Assembly: GCA_013265495.1 (NCBI GenBank)
Contig: MU058065.1
Coordinates: 3,761,003 to 3,825,002, forward strand
From: Vicugna vicugna
Lineage: Eukaryota
DNA: 64,000 bases
Reading direction: 5' to 3'
A model generated the notes under the pieces. The model made no database searches. It was given only the letters and a program-made list of their open reading frames with translations, and had not been told where the DNA came from. Of the stretch, positions 1-13,874 are shown in pieces. The position numbers were made by a program, and so were the translations under genes. Each line of letters opens with the position of its first letter. Position 1 is the stretch's first letter.

Positions 1-19
1 AAGCATTGCAGAATTCAGA

Positions 20-450
20 GATAGGATAGAAGAAATCCCAGAAACACCCAGTTCCACCCCCAGACTCAGGATCTAAATCGTCTCAACAGCATCTCACGCA
101 AGAAGTCATCTAGTCCCTGTCTGAACAGCTCCAGTCATGGGAAGTACAGTACATTGATAAGATCTTATTTTTGGATAACTCCAAAAGTTAGAGAGGTCCT
201 TCTTAGATTATGCTGAAGTATGCCTTTCTGCCTTTTCCCTCTAATTGTCTTCATTTTTCTTGAGGACCTATCCCTGCAGTAGTGGCTTTGGAGTTCTGGG
301 TTCCTTTTCCTCGAGATTTAACATGCTCTCTCACTCCTCCTGCTGCTGATGTGACATTGAGCAGACCCTTCTTTGATGCATAGTGTTTAGAATTGAATAC
401 AACCCTCCCTGTGTGATCTGAGAAATCCAATCTAGAGCCAACTGTTGCCC
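20..450. mobile_element. CR1/L3 LINE fragment (ancient)
   Basis: Degenerate L3 3'-region motifs (ccctgtctgaacagctccagtcatgggaag..., ttggataactccaaaagttagagag); recalled consensus similarity, boundaries approximate. Confidence 0.5.
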
Positions 451-2197
451 CCTCAGCCTTCCCTTCTGCCGCCTCCTTTGTTCAAGACTGTATTCCCATT
501 GAATCCCACTTTGTACTTTCCTGTCCGAAATCTTTGGCTTGGGAAGTTGAGCTTATATAAACCAAATAGCTGACTTCCTCAAACTTCCTTTTGCTGATCC
601 CCTTTCTCGTTTTATATTGGTTTTTATACAAAGGACTGCCATTATATCCACGCAGAATTTATGGTTAAAGTTGAGACTGGACTCTTAGAAACAATGGATC
701 AGTGGGCCATTTAGAGCTGAGTCTGTGGAGGCCCTAAAATTGAGGGCAAAGAAAAAAAGAAAGTATTTCTTTTCGTATACTCTTAAGCATGAAAAGCTCA
801 GAAACATCTTGTAACTACACTAAAAAATCCCTGCTTTGAGGATAAAGGGTTCAACTCTAAGCATCACTTGAAGAATCCTTGCAAATTGAATGGTTCTGTT
901 AAGAGAATATGCCGTGCATCAGGGTATTTGCCACACTCATTTATACCCAGAAGTCATACTGATGTAAAAAAAAAAATTATGAAAAAATTAAAAAGCTACA
1001 AAGGAAATATAAACATTTAACCTTCAAAAGAATGTAGATGGTGAGCCACTGGATAGGTTATTTGCTTTACCTACTTCCTCTGGGAAAAATATGTAAAAAG
1101 GAGAAGGAAATGCTCAAGGAATAGATGCTGATAAATTTGTACTGGATTGACTTTCCTTGTATTTGGCTAAGGTTATGTATTCATCTGTTTCAACTCTCCC
1201 TCTTAGTTCATCATTGTTCAGGTACTTCAGGAAATGAGATCTTCCTGAGGAAGGATCTAATGGCCAAATTCACTAAAGGAAAAGTAATAGAATTTCTGCT
1301 GACTGATTTTTTTCCCTCACTATTAATACTTCCTTATGACGGTAATGAAAACTTTGAAATATTAACTCGATTAAATGTTTTATAGTGAGAAGGAATTACT
1401 ATTTTATAGAAGTTGAATTTCTGGCCCGACAAGGGTTTTAGTGGGTTGGCAAAATCAAGAAAGGTGGTAAAAGAATCAATGAATGAAACACAAATCTCAA
1501 AGTGCAGACTTTGGAGGGATTTTTAAAAGCCATATTTTGTTCTGATTAACTCTCCTTTTCCCAGAAGCAAAGAGAATGTCCTCTGCTTAAGCAATGCAGC
1601 TAGGACAATTTGTCATCTTTAATAATACCACTAATAATAAGAAAGCCATTTTCAGGCTCTTTCGTTTTAATTAGATGCTGGGTTACTACCATCATAGCTC
1701 ATTCCAGTCTTTCTTCAAGAGCTTATATATTATACTTTTGTGGAAATAGAAGCCATTTCATAGGCAACTGTTGAAAGTCATTCTGTCTAAAGCTTATAAC
1801 TTTTATGTATTTTTCACTCAAGGAAGAATTTGGGGGGGTGGTTATGAGTGAGCCTGCCCAGAAGAACAGATCTAGACCTGTGGTAACTTTGCCAGTCACA
1901 AGCGTAAGGTTGATTTTGGTGGATATCAGAAGCCTTCTGTACCCTGAGGTTGGTAAAAGCTATAGGTTTCCTCCCCTACAGCTTTGCAACCATGTGTAAG
2001 TCTTCCGTTTATGGAAGCAATTATCAGCAAGCAGCCACAAAACCATTTGTCTTGCTCTTGTAAAGTCAGTGAGATCCCATTCTCTGTCCTTTAATCTGTA
2101 TTTTTCATTGTATCACACCATCTGGTAGCACATTCTCTGCATGAAGGACTCTCTCGAGGCTTATTCAACTATTGAGTGGGATTCAGCTAACGCATCC

Positions 2198-2292
2198 TTT
2201 CTGCTTCCCTCCTTTTCTTTCCTCCCTCCTTCCTTCCTTCCATCCTTCCTTCCTTTTTTCCCTCTTTTCTTTTCCCAATTTCTCTCTCTTTC
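2198..2292 (+). repeat. Polypyrimidine (CCTT/CT)-rich low-complexity tract
   Basis: Directly visible: ccttccttcc... and tctctctc. Confidence 0.8.
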
Positions 2293-2364
2293 AACAAGTG
2301 TTTATTGAATGACTCCTTGGAGAGTCAGAAGAGTTGGAAAAAATCATTACCACTTTACTAGTGT

Positions 2365-2477
2365 TAGGGTGACCAACAGCCCTGATTCACCTGGGACTGA
2401 GGAGTTCTCCAGGACCAGGAACTTTCTCTATTAAATTAGGGACTGTTCCAGGCAAGCTGGGATGACTGGTTACCCTG
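2365..2477. mobile_element. MER81-like hAT-Blackjack MITE inserted in a MIR
   Basis: Terminal inverted repeats TAGGGTGACCA...TGGTTACCCTG, ~113 bp, internal gggactgaggagttctccagg; MIR-like sequence on both sides (~2320-2600). Confidence 0.75.
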
Positions 2478-4789
2478 GTCATATCCTGAATTATTTAACT
2501 TCTGAAGCTCTGGCTTCTCATTTTAAAATAGGAAGTGATGATAATATCTACCTTATAATGTGGTGAAAAACTGTTAATAGTCTGTACAAAGCACAGTACA
2601 AACCTCCAGTTATGTAATAAATAAGTTACAGGGATGTAATAATAATTTAAAGGGCTGAAGTTCATGAAATATGTTGCGATAATATGGAGGACACTTCATT
2701 TCCTTGGCATCAGATTTCTCCCCAAGGAAGAGACCTGCTGATTGGATGAATAATTTGACAGGCAGCTAAGGCAGAGCCAAGATGGCCAGGAGGCATGTGT
2801 GAGGGGAAACAGAAGTTACCTAAACTGTTCTCTAAGGGTGGTCTGGTCGGGTAGTGGCCTGGTTTTTTCCTGCTGAGTGGACTTCATGCTGAGGGCCTGG
2901 ATAAGAGTAATTCCCACAGGCTGTATGTGCTGAGAACTGAGATGTCTAATGTGGGAATGGATGAAGCCTTATATAATGTGCAGTATATTATTTTTTCATC
3001 TTCTTGTGAAATACTTCCTAAAAAGATGTACGTCATTCCCTGATGTGTCTTGTTTGTGGTTATGATGGAGAACTGAGTCCAGCATCAAGAAAGGCACAGG
3101 ACAAGGACAGAGGCTGCTTGCTAAAGGATAATAATGGTACCTACCTCATGGACTTGTTAGGATTAAATAATCCTATGTGTATATATAATGTCTAGAGAAA
3201 ACTCGCAAAACAATGCCTGATACACTGAAAGTATCCTGCAAATGTTAACTTTTTGTATTGTTATTAAAATAATAATTATTATTAGAACAGTCTTTTCTCA
3301 ATGAACACTAATTTCTTTTTCCCTCCTTTACTCTTGGGTCTTGCTTCCACCCTCTGCACATTCCTGTTTTTAACTAGTTGTTGTTGTTGGATTAAAATCT
3401 AGACACCGTTGTTGCAGGAACCTCAAAAATCCCAGTGAATGTAACCTTTGTCTAAGTTGGAGATACTGCCTCTCCTTGGCTTAGCAGGGTCCTGACAAAG
3501 TCTTTCTCCCCAGGGGGACCAAACTGGTTAATGTTGGAGGCCCCATTTTCACTTTTTCAGAATTCCAAAGGCTTAGTCTCAGAAGTGGTTGGGTCTAACA
3601 TAATTTTATAACTGCTTGGTTCTTTTGTTCTGAACTGTGAGGAGAGGAGATAAAAAAGACATTTGGTAAAGGTACTCCAGCTGACATGTAGAGCAGGAAA
3701 AAATAAGAATTTGGGGTAGTTAGTGGTATCCTGCGTGGAAGCTAAGTCTTTTGCCCTCCAAGATTTCATAGGTCAAGCTTCCACACTTAAAACCTCATGA
3801 ATAATTGAGGTAATTACACAGATAGTTCTGTAAGAAACCTCGCTTGATTTATTCTGCTTCTGGTTGTCTCAGTTCTGGGTCATTCATTCAGAACTGCTTC
3901 TAGATAAAACTGACAGCTTCAATTACCCAAACTCCAGATCTGTGTATTGATGCCTATAAATCTGAGTAATTTGAGGGGCAGCTCTTTGAGTCAAACCCAG
4001 AATACATTGTGATCATGTAAGAATCTCAAGTGTTTTTATATCCTACCCTAAGCTCGCCTGTACAATGGCTAAGTTATCACAACACAGTTCCAGGATGATA
4101 CTGTTGGGAGCTTAAACACTGGTGAGTAAATCATGCCCAAATAACAATTCAAAGTCAAGCTGTATCTTTCATGGGAACTTGTGTTAGCATTGGTAGGTAA
4201 GACCTCTAGGGACAGGAGACAGAAATGCTATTTGGAAAAAAATCAACCTAGGGTAATATTAGAAAATAAATCAATCTAAACATTGCCTCTTACTGAATAT
4301 GTTTTTTTTCTGTGCTTTGTAGAATAGTAGCTAAAGATTCTTACATAGAATTGAAGTTACTCATTGATTCATGTTTTTCAGTGTTTAACATAGATGAAGT
4401 ATTTTGGGACCAAAAAAATGCTCTTTAAAAATTAAGCCCAATTCAATGGTCAGGATAGTTTTCTCTGCTGTGCGGAAAATCAACCTGACAATTCACGCAT
4501 GCCTGAAATCAGAACTTATGACATCCCAGATAAATATGGAAACACAGAAGAATCTGTTAAGTGTTCCTTATGCTTGTGTAAAATAATAACAGAAACAAAT
4601 ATTTGTATATTTCTATTATACAAAGTTACATAAAAATGGGGTTTGTGTTCTTCATGTGTAAAAATGTATCTATACTCAAATAGATGTTTTGTTTTGTTTT
4701 ATTTTACTTTTAACTACTTTCTAATAAAATCAACCTAGCAGGTTTGTCTTACATAATAGTTTCTCATGCTTATCTCCCTCTTTAAATTA

Positions 4790-6240
4790 AATTAATTTTT
4801 AAGAGCAGTTTTAGGTTCACAACAAAACTGAGGGGAAAGTACATAAAGTTTTCACATACACCTCACATGCATATCTTCTCCCATTATCAACATCTCCTAC
4901 CAGAGTGTATGTTTTATCACAACTGATGAATCTACATTGATACCTACTTTGTTCTGAAGTTTGCTTTTGTATAATGTATAATGACATGTATCCTCTATTA
5001 GAGTACCATCCAGAATATTTTCACTGCCCTAAAAATCCTCTGTAATTTGCCTTTTCATTCCCTCATCCCCATACCCTGCCCCAGCAAGCAGTTTTACCTT
5101 TTCCAGAATGTCATATAGTTGAAAGCATATAGTATGCAGCCTTTTCAGATTGACTTCTTTCATTTAGTAATCTGCATTTAAAGTTCCTCCATGTCTTTTC
5201 ATAACCTAACAGCTCATTTCTTTTGGGCACTGAATAATATTCCATTGTCTGGATGTTCCATGGTTTATTTCTTCACCCACTGAAGGACATCTTAGTTGCT
5301 TCCAAGTTTTGACAATTATGAATAAAGCTGCTATAAACAACCATGTGCAGTTTTTGTTTAGACATACATTTTCAACTCCTTTGAGTAAATATCAAGGACA
5401 AAATTTCTTGATCACATGGTAAGGGTATGTTTAGTAAGAAACCGCCAAACTGTCTTCCAAAGTGGCTGAACTATTTTGCCCTCCCACCAACAATAAATGA
5501 GAGTTTTTGATCCACATGCCTGCTAGCATTTGGTGTTGTCATTTTTTGGATTTTGGCTGTTCTAATAGATGTGTAATGGTATCTCATTATTGTTTTAATT
5601 TTCATTTCCCTTATGACATATGATGTGGAGTACTTTTTCATATGCTTGCTTGCCATTTACATACCTTCTTTGATGAAGTATCTGTTAAGGTCTTTTATCC
5701 ATTTTCAGATTGAGTTTTGTTTTTTCACTGCTGAGTTTTAAGAGTTCTTCGTCTATTTTGAATAATGGTCCTTTATCAGGGGTGTCTTTTGCAAATATTT
5801 TCTCCTAGTCTATGGATTGTCTTTTCATTCTCTTGACATTATTTTTTACAAAGCAGAGTTTTTAATTTTAATGAAGTTCAGCTTATCCATTATTTCTTTT
5901 GTGGATCAGCCTTTGGTGTTGTACCTAAAAATTCATCACTATACCTAAGGTCATCTAAATTTTCTCCTTTTTTATCTTCTGGGAATTTTATAATTTTGCA
6001 TTTTACATTTAGGTTTGTGATCCATTCTGAGTTAATTTTATGAAGAGCATAAGATCTGTGTCTAGAATCATTTTTTTTCACACTTGGATGTTCAGTTGTT
6101 CCAGCACCATTTTTTGAAAGGGCCATCTGTGCCCCATTGTGTTGCTTTTGCTCCTTTGTCAGAGATCAATTGACTATATTTACATGGGTCTATTTCTGGG
6201 CACGCTATTATGTTTTATGCATCTATTTGCCTTTCTTTTG
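4790..6240 (-). mobile_element. L1MC-type LINE-1 3' fragment (ORF2 end + 3'UTR)
   Basis: Begins aagagcagttttaggttcacaacaaaactgagggg (L1MC1-like 3' end, reverse strand); ORF-track peptides at 5471-5656 and 5890-6126 resemble decayed L1 ORF2 (e.g. IREMKIKTIMRYHYTSIRTAKI). Confidence 0.85.
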
Positions 6241-6594
6241 CAACAGTATCTCTTATTTTATTAAAAAAATTTTTGGTTGCATACTCCTCCCCTTTATTTC
6301 CCCCACAAAAGGCAAACAATTTGTGTGTGGCAAAATTCCCTTTGCTACGGAAAACTAAAGTTCTATTAAAAAGCAAACTTCAGGAGATGAAAAATGTATT
6401 TGGGGGGACTAATTTTTATTTTTGAAAGGAACATGATTTTATCAAGGGCTCCACAATCAATATTGATAAAAATGAAACACCAGAGATTAATTAACCTGGC
6501 AATTCAATCTGAAAATTACATAAATCTTTCTCTTTTCATTAGGAAATTGCATAACTCAACATGTTTGGGAATACTGAAAATTACACAGCACCAA

Positions 6595-7690
6595 TAGAAT
6601 GAGAAGACATGCCACAGATCGGAAGATAACATTTTCAAAAATCACATCTGATAAAGGACAGTTCTCCAATAATATAAAGGACTCTTACAACTAAGCAATA
6701 AGAAAAAAAACAACCTGATTGGAAAATGGGCAAAAAAGATCTGACTAGACAATTCTCACCAAAAAAAAAAAAGAGGTACAGATGGCAATTAAGCATGTGA
6801 AAAGATATTCAACCTCATGTCATCAGGGAAATGCAAAGTAAAACAACAGTGAGATACACCACACACCTATTAGAATGGCCAAAATCCAAAACAGTGACAT
6901 CAAATACTGGCAAGGATGTGGATCAGGAGGAACTCTCATTCACTTCTGGCGGGAATGCAAAATGGTACAGTCACTTTGGAAGACAGTTTGTCATAAAACT
7001 AAACATACTCTCATCATACAATCTAGCAATCATCCTCCTTGGCATTTACCCAAAGGAATAGAAAACTTATGTTCACATGAAACATGCACATGATGTTTAT
7101 AGCAGTTATTCATAATTGTCAAAACTTGGAAGCAACCAAGATGTCTTTCAGTAGGTAAATAGATAAAATATGGTACATTCAGATAATGGAATGTTATTCA
7201 GTGCTAAAAATAAATGAGCTATCAAGCCATAAAAAGACATGGAGAGAACTTAAATGCATATTACTAAGTGAAAGAAGTCAATCTGAAAAGGCTCTGTACT
7301 GTATGATTCCAACTAAATGATGTTCCAGAAAAGGCAAAAAGATCAGTGGTTACCAGGAGCTAGGGAGAAATATGACTAGGCAGAGCACAGAGGCTTTTTA
7401 GCAGTGACACCACTCTGTATGATACTATAATGGTGGATAACTGTTATTATACATTTGTCCAAACCCATAGAATGCACAACATCAAGTGTGAACACTAGTG
7501 TAAACTATGGAATTTGGGTGATAATGATGTGTCATTGTAGGTGCATAGATGGTAACAAGTGTACCACCACAATACGGAATGTCGATAATGGGGGAGGTTG
7601 TGCATATGTGGGAATAGGGGCTATGTGGAAACTCTACTTTCTCCTCAGTTTTACTGTGAACCTAAAGGTGCTCTAGAAATAAAGTTTATT
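6595..7690 (+). mobile_element. L1MC-type LINE-1 3' fragment
   Basis: ORF2 C-terminal remnants (LIHFWRECKMVQSLWKTV, LLGIYPKE); ends cagttttactgtgaacctaaaggtgctctagaaataaag followed by A-rich sequence. Confidence 0.85.
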
Positions 7691-9624
7691 TGTTAAAAAC
7701 AAAACAAAAGTACTAAACTTATAATTCTAAAATCCTCTCTTGTTGAGAAAAAAACAATTTACAAAGCAAGGTTGTAAGCGTGCCATGAAATCCATTCATA
7801 AGTGAAAAAAAATTCTTTTTATTTTGACTGGAATTATACTATAAACTTAGGATGTTTAATTAATATTAATTACCCTAATATATTGAAAACTATTTGCAAG
7901 CAACAAAATATATTTTAATCTGTTTTCTTCCTCCTCCCATTCTATTTCTCCTTTTTTCTCATTTCCTCATCTTTCATGATAAAGCTAAACTTTCAGTGTT
8001 TTAAAAATGAGAATATGCATGTTTGCATTTTCTGTTAAGAAATGAGCCCATTCAAAATCTCAAGAGGAAAATCTGCTTGTCGATGATTTCTTAACCAGAA
8101 GTACATGTAAATATGCATACTTTTGAGAAGACTCATGTTTTGTGGGTTTTGTATTCCTAAAGTAAAATAACATATTGAGAACGGATGCAAATTGCTCATC
8201 TAATGAGCAACTCTGTCCTCTCTTGAGGATTGTGATGGTAATCAGGGAAGTGACCAATTGCCTTGGGTTAACATTATTTATTCTGAAAGGATGAATTGTT
8301 TTTGAGTGCATATGTGCATGTGTTTGTCGGCAGAGGGAAGTACATGTGACCTGAGTCTAATTTATCTCATATTAAAAGATATGAATAAATGTTTTAGACT
8401 TTTCAACTGTTTTACAAACTGTAAATTATGACTCTTGAATGGGCCATAAATCAACTACATACTGCACTAGCGTTTTTATGAAAGTATATGGCACTTAGGA
8501 AGGGTAAGTACCATTATATGAAACTTTAATTTCAAGACTTTCTCAAGTTAAGGTACAAGCTATATTGTTCTTATTATGGTTTGAAAGCAAAATAGATTGA
8601 GAACCACTGTTTTAGATCACTTATCTCTACCTTTAGTCGTTAAGAATAAAAAGTAATAACAATGCCAACACCTTAAATTTACCCAGTTGCTCTTCCCTTC
8701 TCAGCACTCCCATTACTTCATGAATGATGTGATCTCATTTATGATGACACCATCTTGTAAACTATGCAGAGAGAAGTTGCTGCATGGGAAATGGAAGCCC
8801 ACGAAAGACTCATCCGAGGGCTGTGAGTGAGCGGGTCAGTGGATCTGCATGACAGCGAAGGTCGAGATGGAGCTAATCACCCCACCTTCTCCTTAATCAC
8901 ATGCAGCTCTAACTGCCATCTGTCCCAAGTATGCGTTCAACATTTTAAAGAAACCCAAACAGCTGGTACAACGGAGAAACACCTAAGCTCTGTTAGAAGT
9001 CACAGAGGAGCCTGGAGATTCGAGTGTGCATATGTACACAGTAGGTTTTGATTCTGCTCTAGCAGATCTTAGAATGAGCTTTCCTTGTGAAACCTCTGAG
9101 TTCTGAGGATGATCGCTAGTGCTTAAGTGGGTGTTATTTTCATAGGAGGTTCATTTAGCAAGGGAGAGAAAGATAATTGTGTGGCATTTTTTGGGCTCTG
9201 GATTGGACTGTCTCACTGGGGCTCAGGCTGCTCAGCAAAATCTAGGAGATGCTTCAAATGAAGAAGACACACCCACCCGTAAGTATGACCACTTCTCAAC
9301 TGCCTCAGTAACTCACTGCCTAGGATTTAATTTTTTCTGTGAATGTTAGGTTGACTCCCCAGATGGATGGTTTGCTACTAAGAGTTCATGGCTTGTATTT
9401 CATTCACAGTACCTCCATTTAACAAACTCTCGCACATCTTTAAATGAGTGATTTCCTGGTGAAAGAACACCCAGGATCAATAAACAACTGGGACCCCATG
9501 GTAGGTGCTGAACAGAAAGGAGAGGCGAAGCAAAGAATAGCAATGTAACCAGCTGACAGTTTTTGAGTGCTTATTACTTTCCCAGCACTCACCATGCTAA
9601 GGGTCTGAGCACTTGATTCCACAG

Positions 9625-10290
9625 CAGGCACGGGATTTCCCCACACCAACAACCAATGCTCCAACACCAGCTGAGTGTCTTGGCATTCAACTCAATTCTG
9701 ACCTTATCTACCTGGACATAGTGTCAGATCCCATAGGTTAAGGACTGAGTTTCACAAGACTGAGTCTGTCCCCCATTTTAGACACCAGTTGATAGCCCAG
9801 TTATCACCTGTGTTTTTGACCTACCAGCTATAGATTGGAGGTTCCAATGACTTCCTCCTTGCAGTCAATTAATTTGCTAGAGCAGCTCACAGAACTCAGG
9901 GAAACATTTTACCTACTGGATTACTGGTTTATTATAAAAGGACATAACTCAGGAACAGCCAGATGGAAGAGACAGATAGAGCAAAGTATGGGGAGGGGTT
10001 GGAGCTTCTGTACCCTCTCCAAGCAAGCCACTTTCCCTGAATCTCCACATGTTCACCAACATGGAAGCTCTCCAAGCCCCATCCTTTTGGGTTTTTATTG
10101 AAGTTTTATTACATAGGTATGACAGATCAAATAACTGATTCAACCTCCAGTTGCTCTCCCCTCCCTGGAGTTTGAAGGGTTGGACTCAAGTTTACAACCC
10201 TCTAATCTCATAGTTGGCTCCCTTGGCAACCAACCCCTACCCATAGAAGCACCCCAAAAGTCACCTTTATCTATCTCAGCACTTAGGAAA
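9625..10290. mobile_element. MER21-family (ERVL-class) solo LTR inserted into a MIR
   Basis: caccagctgagtgtc...ttcaactcaattctgac...tcagatcccataggttaagg and aatttgctagagcagctcacagaactcagggaaaca match recalled MER21 consensus; MIR halves at ~9555-9620 and ~10290-10430. Confidence 0.75.
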
Positions 10291-11179
10291 TCATCACAAA
10301 ACCCTCTACAGTGGGTATTGCAATTATCTCCACTTTACAGAGAAGGAAATTGAGACTCAGAGGAGTGAAATAATTTACCCAAGACCAAGCTGGGATTCCA
10401 GGTGTATCTTGCTTCAGAGCTGAGTGCTTACTTCCTTCTTTGTGCAAAAGTCAGGCCAATGACCATGTTCTGTCTGCCAAGCCAGGCACCATCAGGTCCT
10501 GCAAAATATCCACTATTTATCAATATGTGACTTGGGGCAATTGCCTTGTCTTTTGGTGTCCTGGTTTCTCCTGTTAAAGAAAGATAATGATACCTCCATT
10601 GTCGACTTGTGAGAATTCATTCAAGTGAGGAAAAGTACAGGAAGCATTGAGTTAATGTCTTGCACACAGACAAGCCTTCGCTTCTTCCGAAAGCAAGCAT
10701 TTCTCAACCTGAAGTATGGCAGTCAGTCATTACAGGCTGTGGACCACAGTCCAGGCTCATCCAACAACTTGCTGGATGGAGATGTGGATTGAATATCACG
10801 CTAGCTCACCCACTGGTAGCAGTTACCCTTGGAGGTCTGCCATGGACTTGACAAGACTTTCACATTGCTGCTGAGAACTCTTAAGCCTGAGTGCATGCTT
10901 TCTGAAGACACCTCACTTGATCACTGTGTCTACTACAAGATACCATGGCACAGCCTGCAGAAATGAGCCAGACAGTCCTTTCACTGCTGCTGCTTTCCTG
11001 CTGTACTGTCTCACTGTCCCCTTCCAGACACCTTCAGAAAACACAGGAACTGGGGACTTAGCTCAAAGGCACATTGGATGAAAACTCTCTCAGTTGCCTT
11101 CTTTTGAACTAACTGTAAGATAGCAACACCCATTGTCAGCTTTATGATGCCCCAGCCACACGAGTTTTTCCTCTGCTCC

Positions 11180-11520
11180 TTGGACACTCGAAGTTCCCTA
11201 CTCCTAGCATTTGCACCTGCTCCTGCTTTTGTAAGGAAGCTGTTGGCTTTTTGTGCTCATGGGTTATCATCTTCTAGATCCTATCAGAGATGCCTTCCTG
11301 AGAACCTCAAACAAGGAGCCAAAGTCTCTCACCTGTTACACTGGAACAGTTTATCCTCTTTTATCTCTTTGTTTACTTTTATTAATATTTGAAATTATAA
11401 CATAGTCTTCATAAAGCCAGGGATTCTTGTCTGTTTTGCTCACAATTCGAGTGACTGGAGTAGCATTTGGCAACTGACATTTGTAGAGTGAGTGAATGAG
11501 TGAATTAATGCATGCTTTGG
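11180..11520 (+). mobile_element. L2 LINE 3' fragment
   Basis: ttgtctgttttgctcac...gagtgagtgaatgagtgaattaatg (L2 TGAA-type tail). Confidence 0.55.
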
Positions 11521-11914
11521 TTTACCTAGACATTATTACTCGCTTATCTTCCCTTGTTGGAATGTAAACTCGTTGAGAGGAGGATCTTATTTGTCCAGTT
11601 TGCTGGTGCCCCCCAGAGCCTAAAACAGCGTTTCACACAAGTTAGGAGCATAATAAATATTTTTAATGACTCAATTAAACTTGCACTCCAAAATCTAGGA
11701 GGCTCACTGCTCATAGTATCAAGGTCCAGGGTGGAAATACAAACCTTGGACACCCATATACCATACATCTAAATAGTCATAAATCAAGCTAACACATTAA
11801 ATAAAATATATTCCATTCTTCTACCTTGATTGATAGTCTTCTGTAATAATCTAGGAAAATGGAATTTTGGATTCCAGGGCTTCTCATAGCTCCAAAGTTG
11901 CATACTGAATTGTG

Positions 11915-12092
11915 TATTCTTTTAAAAAAAATTGGTGGTGGTGGGGAGTAATTAGGTTTGTTTGTTTGTTTGTTTGTTTATTTATTTATTTATTTATTTA
12001 TCTATCTTAATAGCGGTACTGGGGATTGAACCCAGGACCTTGTGCATGCTAAGCAGACACTCTACCACCTGAGCTATATCTTCTCCTCCCCC
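11915..12092 (-). mobile_element. Vic-1-type camelid tRNA-derived SINE with 12-bp TSD
   Basis: Minus strand reads gggggaggagaagatATAGCTCAGGTGGtagagtgtctgcttagcatgcacaaggtcctgGGTTCAATCCCcagtacc (Pol III A/B boxes) then (TAAA/CAAA)n; TSD TACTGAATTGTG at 11903-11914 and 12093-12104. Confidence 0.85.
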
Positions 12093-13874
12093 TACTGAAT
12101 TGTGGTGCCATGACAGAGTTGGCCACCCAACCATGCTCATGGCCAACACACGTCTCCCACCCTCTGCTCCATCTCAGACCTTGAAGATATTAAATAAATG
12201 TATTAGCTTTAGCCTATATATTCAAATTCTGTTTATAACCCTCTTGCAAATAGCCTACCCTTGGATGTTTCTTGGGCCCAAAGGTCTGCCAACGGGGGAT
12301 GGACCCAGGGAAGAAGCTCTGCATGGGCCCTGGAAGTGGACTTGGGGGATGTGTTTAAGCAGCAAACTCCAGGATACTGGATCACGGTCTGGGGGTGAGG
12401 GTGGTGTTTCCAGGCTGTGAGTGGGTACAACCCCTTCACTCTTGACACTCCACCCCCAAGTAGAGGGTCACAACTGGAAGAGGGCAGAGCACGTTCAGCT
12501 AAAATTCATGGCCTTGATCTTTAGGCAGGAACGTGTGCAAGGATTAGGGATTAACAGACCTGAATTTAAGCAGATACCGAGGAGGGAGGGAAGAAAGTGA
12601 AGAGGTTATCGGGGTTGGGTGGGTGGTGAATCTGGCTGCTGTGCCAGTCTCCCCGGGTGTTTACAATCCCTGTCTACTGTTGGAAGACAAATGGTGAGGG
12701 AGCAGGATCACTTAAAGGAGACAGAGACGAGATGGCAGGTTTTGGGCTGATGAGTGATAGACTGGCCCCAGAGCATAATTCTATTAACATTATTCATATC
12801 ATACCAGATAGATTAGCAATACTGGTGAATCACCTTAGTTTATTTCTCAGTAAAATGAAACGGATGTTAAAAACTGTTGTCTCCATGACATTCATTGAAA
12901 ACTTCAGGGGAAAAAAAACACACATAGAGAATAACCTATGCTACTGAATGTCACAGAAATGCCCATGATGAATTTTGAAGGCCCATGCTACTTGGGAGTT
13001 TATTCAGAAGACTTTATACATAGATAAGTTCCAAATCTTAATTTAATTAGACAGTTTTGCTTTTTTGAACACCTAAGTGCAGACACATGCTGGGAACTGC
13101 AGGCCCAAAGATAAGCAATTTAGGAGCCCAGCCCTCAGAAAACACATAGGTTCTGAGATGATCTAAGGAAAGCTTTGTTGCATGCCCTTCTCGATCCATG
13201 CCTGCACCCCTTGCTGTTTATTATTTTATAAATAAAATCTTGAAAGCATTGTACTTTGCCTCCTAAAAGCTTTTAGGTAAAAATGAATAGATGGGAGGTT
13301 TAGTTAAAAGAAATCATTTGACCTTTTAAATCAAATTTCTACCAATGCAAATACTGAGCCTCTTTCATTTTCATTAATTTGACTTAAAGGGTCTTAAAAA
13401 ATGCATTAAGGTTCCTCAATGTTTCACTTTAATTGTAATTGATGTTCCTTCCCTCCTTTAACCTCTATCTTTCAGGCTTTCTTTTCACCCTTTATTTTCA
13501 TTTTACCTCATAGCAGTGTTACAAGTCATCACCTTTCTCAGTCACAGGGTTTGCTGTAGTCAATAATTACGTGATTTTTAAAAATGATAAGTTCTTCTAA
13601 TTGCTTTAGCTAATAAAATGGCATGGAACTGATAAGCCTGAATAATGCTGCTTAATTGCCTTTGCTAAAGATAGAGTTGGCTGGCGTTAGTTATAATCCT
13701 TTAACTTCAAGAAAGCAATACAAATGTTAGAGAGAATGACTACAAAGGCTTGAGGAAAATGGTACTTCAATTCTCTTCTTGTTGGTAGGAAAAAATATAA
13801 AAGAATCTTAGATACAACTCAGTTATATAACTTTTAAAACTTACGGTTTTATAAAAATTACTTTTTCTAAAACA

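Noticed and set aside
12015..12092. tRNA gene
   Set aside because: It is the head of a SINE with a simple-repeat tail and TSD; the acceptor stem is not intact.
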